Source: a virus
Reading direction: 5' to 3' (one strand)
Virus record (IMG/VR): IMGVR_UViG_3300003155_000003
DNA length: 64,000 bases
Both the position numbers and the translations under genes were made by a program. Under the pieces are notes generated by a model that saw nothing but the letters and a program-made list of their open reading frames with translations, was not told where the DNA came from and did no database searches. This document shows, in pieces, positions 62,456-64,000 of this stretch. Within the stretch, counting starts at the first letter, position 1. Every line of letters begins with the position of its first letter.

Positions 62456-62968
62456 ATGAATAGTAAGAAAAAAGGCTCAAGATTTGAATTAAAAATGTCT
62501 AAGTGGTTTACTAAATGGACCACTTATACTTGGAATAGAGTTCCAATGTCAGGGGCTTGGCATTCTAATAAGGATGCTGCTTCTGATATTACTTGTGTAG
62601 ATGAAAGACATGCTCACAGGTGTAAAATATCAGTTGAGTGTAAAAACTATAAGGAAATTAAATTTGAACACATTCTTTTAGGCAATAAGAGATGTGATAT
62701 ATTGAAATTCTGGGCTCAAGCTTCTAAGGATGCCAAAAGAGCAAATAAAGTACCTATCCTTTGCATGAGGTATAACTCGATGCCCGCAGAAGAGTTTTTC
62801 TTTGTTGTAGATTATAAACTCGGAAGTATCATAGTTCAGTATATTACTAAGTCAATGTATATCCAAGTACAGGAGAATACTCTTATGGTATTTATGGCTA
62901 GTGAGGTATTAAACGTGCCTTACAAATTAATTCATAAGCAAGCTAAGTTAATTCTTAAAAACTCCTAA
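62456..62968 (+). CDS. PD-(D/E)xK nuclease, Holliday-junction-resolvase-like
   Basis: KKGSRFELKMSKWF...VPMSGAW...ASDITCVD...ISVECKNYKE follows the G..fE ... SG ... D ... E.K pattern of archaeal Hjc/RecU-type resolvases. Confidence 0.5.
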   Translation: MNSKKKGSRFELKMSKWFTKWTTYTWNRVPMSGAWHSNKDAASDITCVDERHAHRCKISVECKNYKEIKFEHILLGNKRCDILKFWAQASKDAKRANKVPILCMRYNSMPAEEFFFVVDYKLGSIIVQYITKSMYIQVQENTLMVFMASEVLNVPYKLIHKQAKLILKNS

Positions 62969-62971
62969 ACC

Positions 62972-63697
62972 ATGAAGAAACGTACCCCATATTCATATTG
63001 TATCTTCTACATCGAAAGAAAGTACTCCGATAGGATTAATCAAGAACTTAAAGAAAAGGGGTATGACCAACTTAAAGCCATTATCCCTACAGTAAATGTA
63101 TTGAAGAAAACTATAAAAGGTAAGATGGTATTTGAAGAAGTACCGGTATTATTCAATTATGGTTTTATGAGAATGCCTACAGAGTTTGCTTTCTCTAGAC
63201 CTTTTCTTAATAAATTAAAGAGAAACATATCGGGCATTAGAACTTGGTTAAAGAATACAGAGACAATGCACCAAAGGAAAAAGAAAATCAGAATCGATAA
63301 CTCTGAAGACTTTGATGATTTTTCTTTAGTAGCTACATGTTCAAGAAAGGATGTTAGAAGGTTTAAGAGAATGGCAAAAGAGAATAAGAAATTTTCGGTA
63401 GATGACTTGATGAATGTCTCAATAGGAGACTACATCGTACTAAAGGGTTATCCTTATGAGGGTATTGATGCTACGGTATTAGAGGTAGATTACATCAATA
63501 AAATGGTAAAGATGCTTTTATATCCTGAAATGGGTAGAATGGAGATTTGGTTACCCTTCGATAATGTTATCTATAGCGTATATCAAAATTACGACCCAGA
63601 TAAATTATATGCCAACTCTCAAGAGTTTGACCCAAATCAAATAACCTGTGAACAAATCGATAGAGTACTGAATATAAAATCAAGGAAAAGGAAATGA
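62972..63697 (+). CDS. NusG-like transcription elongation/antitermination factor (NGN + KOW)
   Basis: NGN region: YCIFYIERKYSDRINQELKEKGYDQLKAIIPTVNVLKKTIKGKMVFEEVPVLFNYGFMRMP, compared with E. coli NusG WYVVQAFSGFE...[32 protein letters not shown]. KOW region: IGDYIVLKGYPYEGIDATVLEVDYINKMVKMLL, compared with [33 protein letters not shown]. Confidence 0.6.
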   Translation: MKKRTPYSYCIFYIERKYSDRINQELKEKGYDQLKAIIPTVNVLKKTIKGKMVFEEVPVLFNYGFMRMPTEFAFSRPFLNKLKRNISGIRTWLKNTETMHQRKKKIRIDNSEDFDDFSLVATCSRKDVRRFKRMAKENKKFSVDDLMNVSIGDYIVLKGYPYEGIDATVLEVDYINKMVKMLLYPEMGRMEIWLPFDNVIYSVYQNYDPDKLYANSQEFDPNQITCEQIDRVLNIKSRKRK

Positions 63698-64000
63698 ACG
63701 AGGCTCAGAAAAAAGCATGGGACTGTCTAAAAGATTTAGAACAGAAATCCTTATTCCTTCAATTATCAGAAAACAAATCCTCATGGGAAGCTGGTGAAAT
63801 TTTAAAATTGTCACATTACAAGTATCTAGAAGTCCGGGAAAGGTCAGAAAAGTTTTTTAGATTATTCTCGGACTTTTTTGAGAAACACACTTCTCTATTT
63901 CGACCAGATTGTCCATGTGAGAGAAGTTTTCAGGATTATATTGAAGGTTGTCTAGAAAGAAGGTTAACTAGAAAAGAAGCAATGATTTACATTGGTGATT
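63694..64000 (+). CDS. hypothetical protein, 5' part only (runs off the window)
   Basis: The ATG at 63694 overlaps the upstream TGA (ATGA). The frame stays open to the window end (MNEAQKKAWDCLKDLEQKSLFLQLSENKSSWEAGEILKLSHYKYLEVRERSEKFF...). A possible HTH is only a guess. Confidence 0.45.
   Translation, partial: MNEAQKKAWDCLKDLEQKSLFLQLSENKSSWEAGEILKLSHYKYLEVRERSEKFFRLFSDFFEKHTSLFRPDCPCERSFQDYIEGCLERRLTRKEAMIYIGD

Overview
This window looks like most of a large, AT-rich, double-stranded DNA tailed-phage genome with a contractile tail (myovirus type). Coding is almost entirely on the + strand, genes are tightly packed, and many stop and start codons overlap (ATGA/TAATG). All calls come from reading the ORF translations and the DNA by eye. 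No similarity searches were run, so motif-based functions are hypotheses of varying strength.

Gene order:
- 1-163: a partial minus-strand HNH endonuclease.
- 202-1218: a divergent C5 DNA methyltransferase.
- 1219-1492: a 274-nt non-coding stretch.
- 1493-10819: packaging and head module (TerL, portal, protease/scaffold-like, major capsid protein and others).
- 10841-19118: a 2072-aa modular tail fibre followed by a BACON/Ig-like repeat protein.
- 19217-19918: an isolated Cys/Gly-rich gene.
- 20004-38896: tail and baseplate module. It holds the sheath, the tube, a chaperone with a predicted -1 frameshift, the tape measure, LysM/gpX-, gpD-, gpV-, gpW/gp25-, gpJ- and gpI-like proteins, an embedded holin, and a tail-collar fibre.
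- 38997-39650: a lone minus-strand regulator-like gene.
- 39829-64000: a T4-like replication, recombination and nucleotide-metabolism module. Replication genes are a DnaB-like helicase, a primase, a UvsW-like helicase and a family A DNA polymerase. Nucleotide-metabolism genes are dUTPase, a MazG-like NTPase, two thymidylate-synthase-fold genes and a dNMP-kinase-like protein. Recombination and accessory genes are UvsY-, GroES-, gp32- and RecA-like proteins, a FEN/RNase H, SbcD/SbcC, a resolvase-like nuclease and a NusG-like factor.

Several features suggest a Bacteroidota host. Most genes lack Shine-Dalgarno sequences and have A-rich leaders, two virion proteins carry BACON-like repeats, and there is one TAnnTTTG promoter element.

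Most notable observations:
1. A LAGLIDADG intein with a class-3 (W-C-T, Ala1) signature splits the P-loop of the Rad50/SbcC gene.
2. An HNH homing endonuclease is fused in frame to the N-terminus of SbcD, and three further HNH paralogues are present.
3. A T4 gp56/gp42/gp1-like gene set has an Asp at the pyrimidine-specificity position of the thymidylate-synthase homologue, which suggests modified cytosine in the phage DNA.
4. A canonical T_TTT_TTC -1 frameshift site joins the tail chaperone to a 55-codon extension that ends on the tape-measure start codon.
5. The phage encodes its own NusG-like (NGN+KOW) protein.
6. The fibre is built from a triplicated 93-aa module plus 18-residue repeats.

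No tRNA, rRNA, CRISPR array, integrase or transposase was seen.
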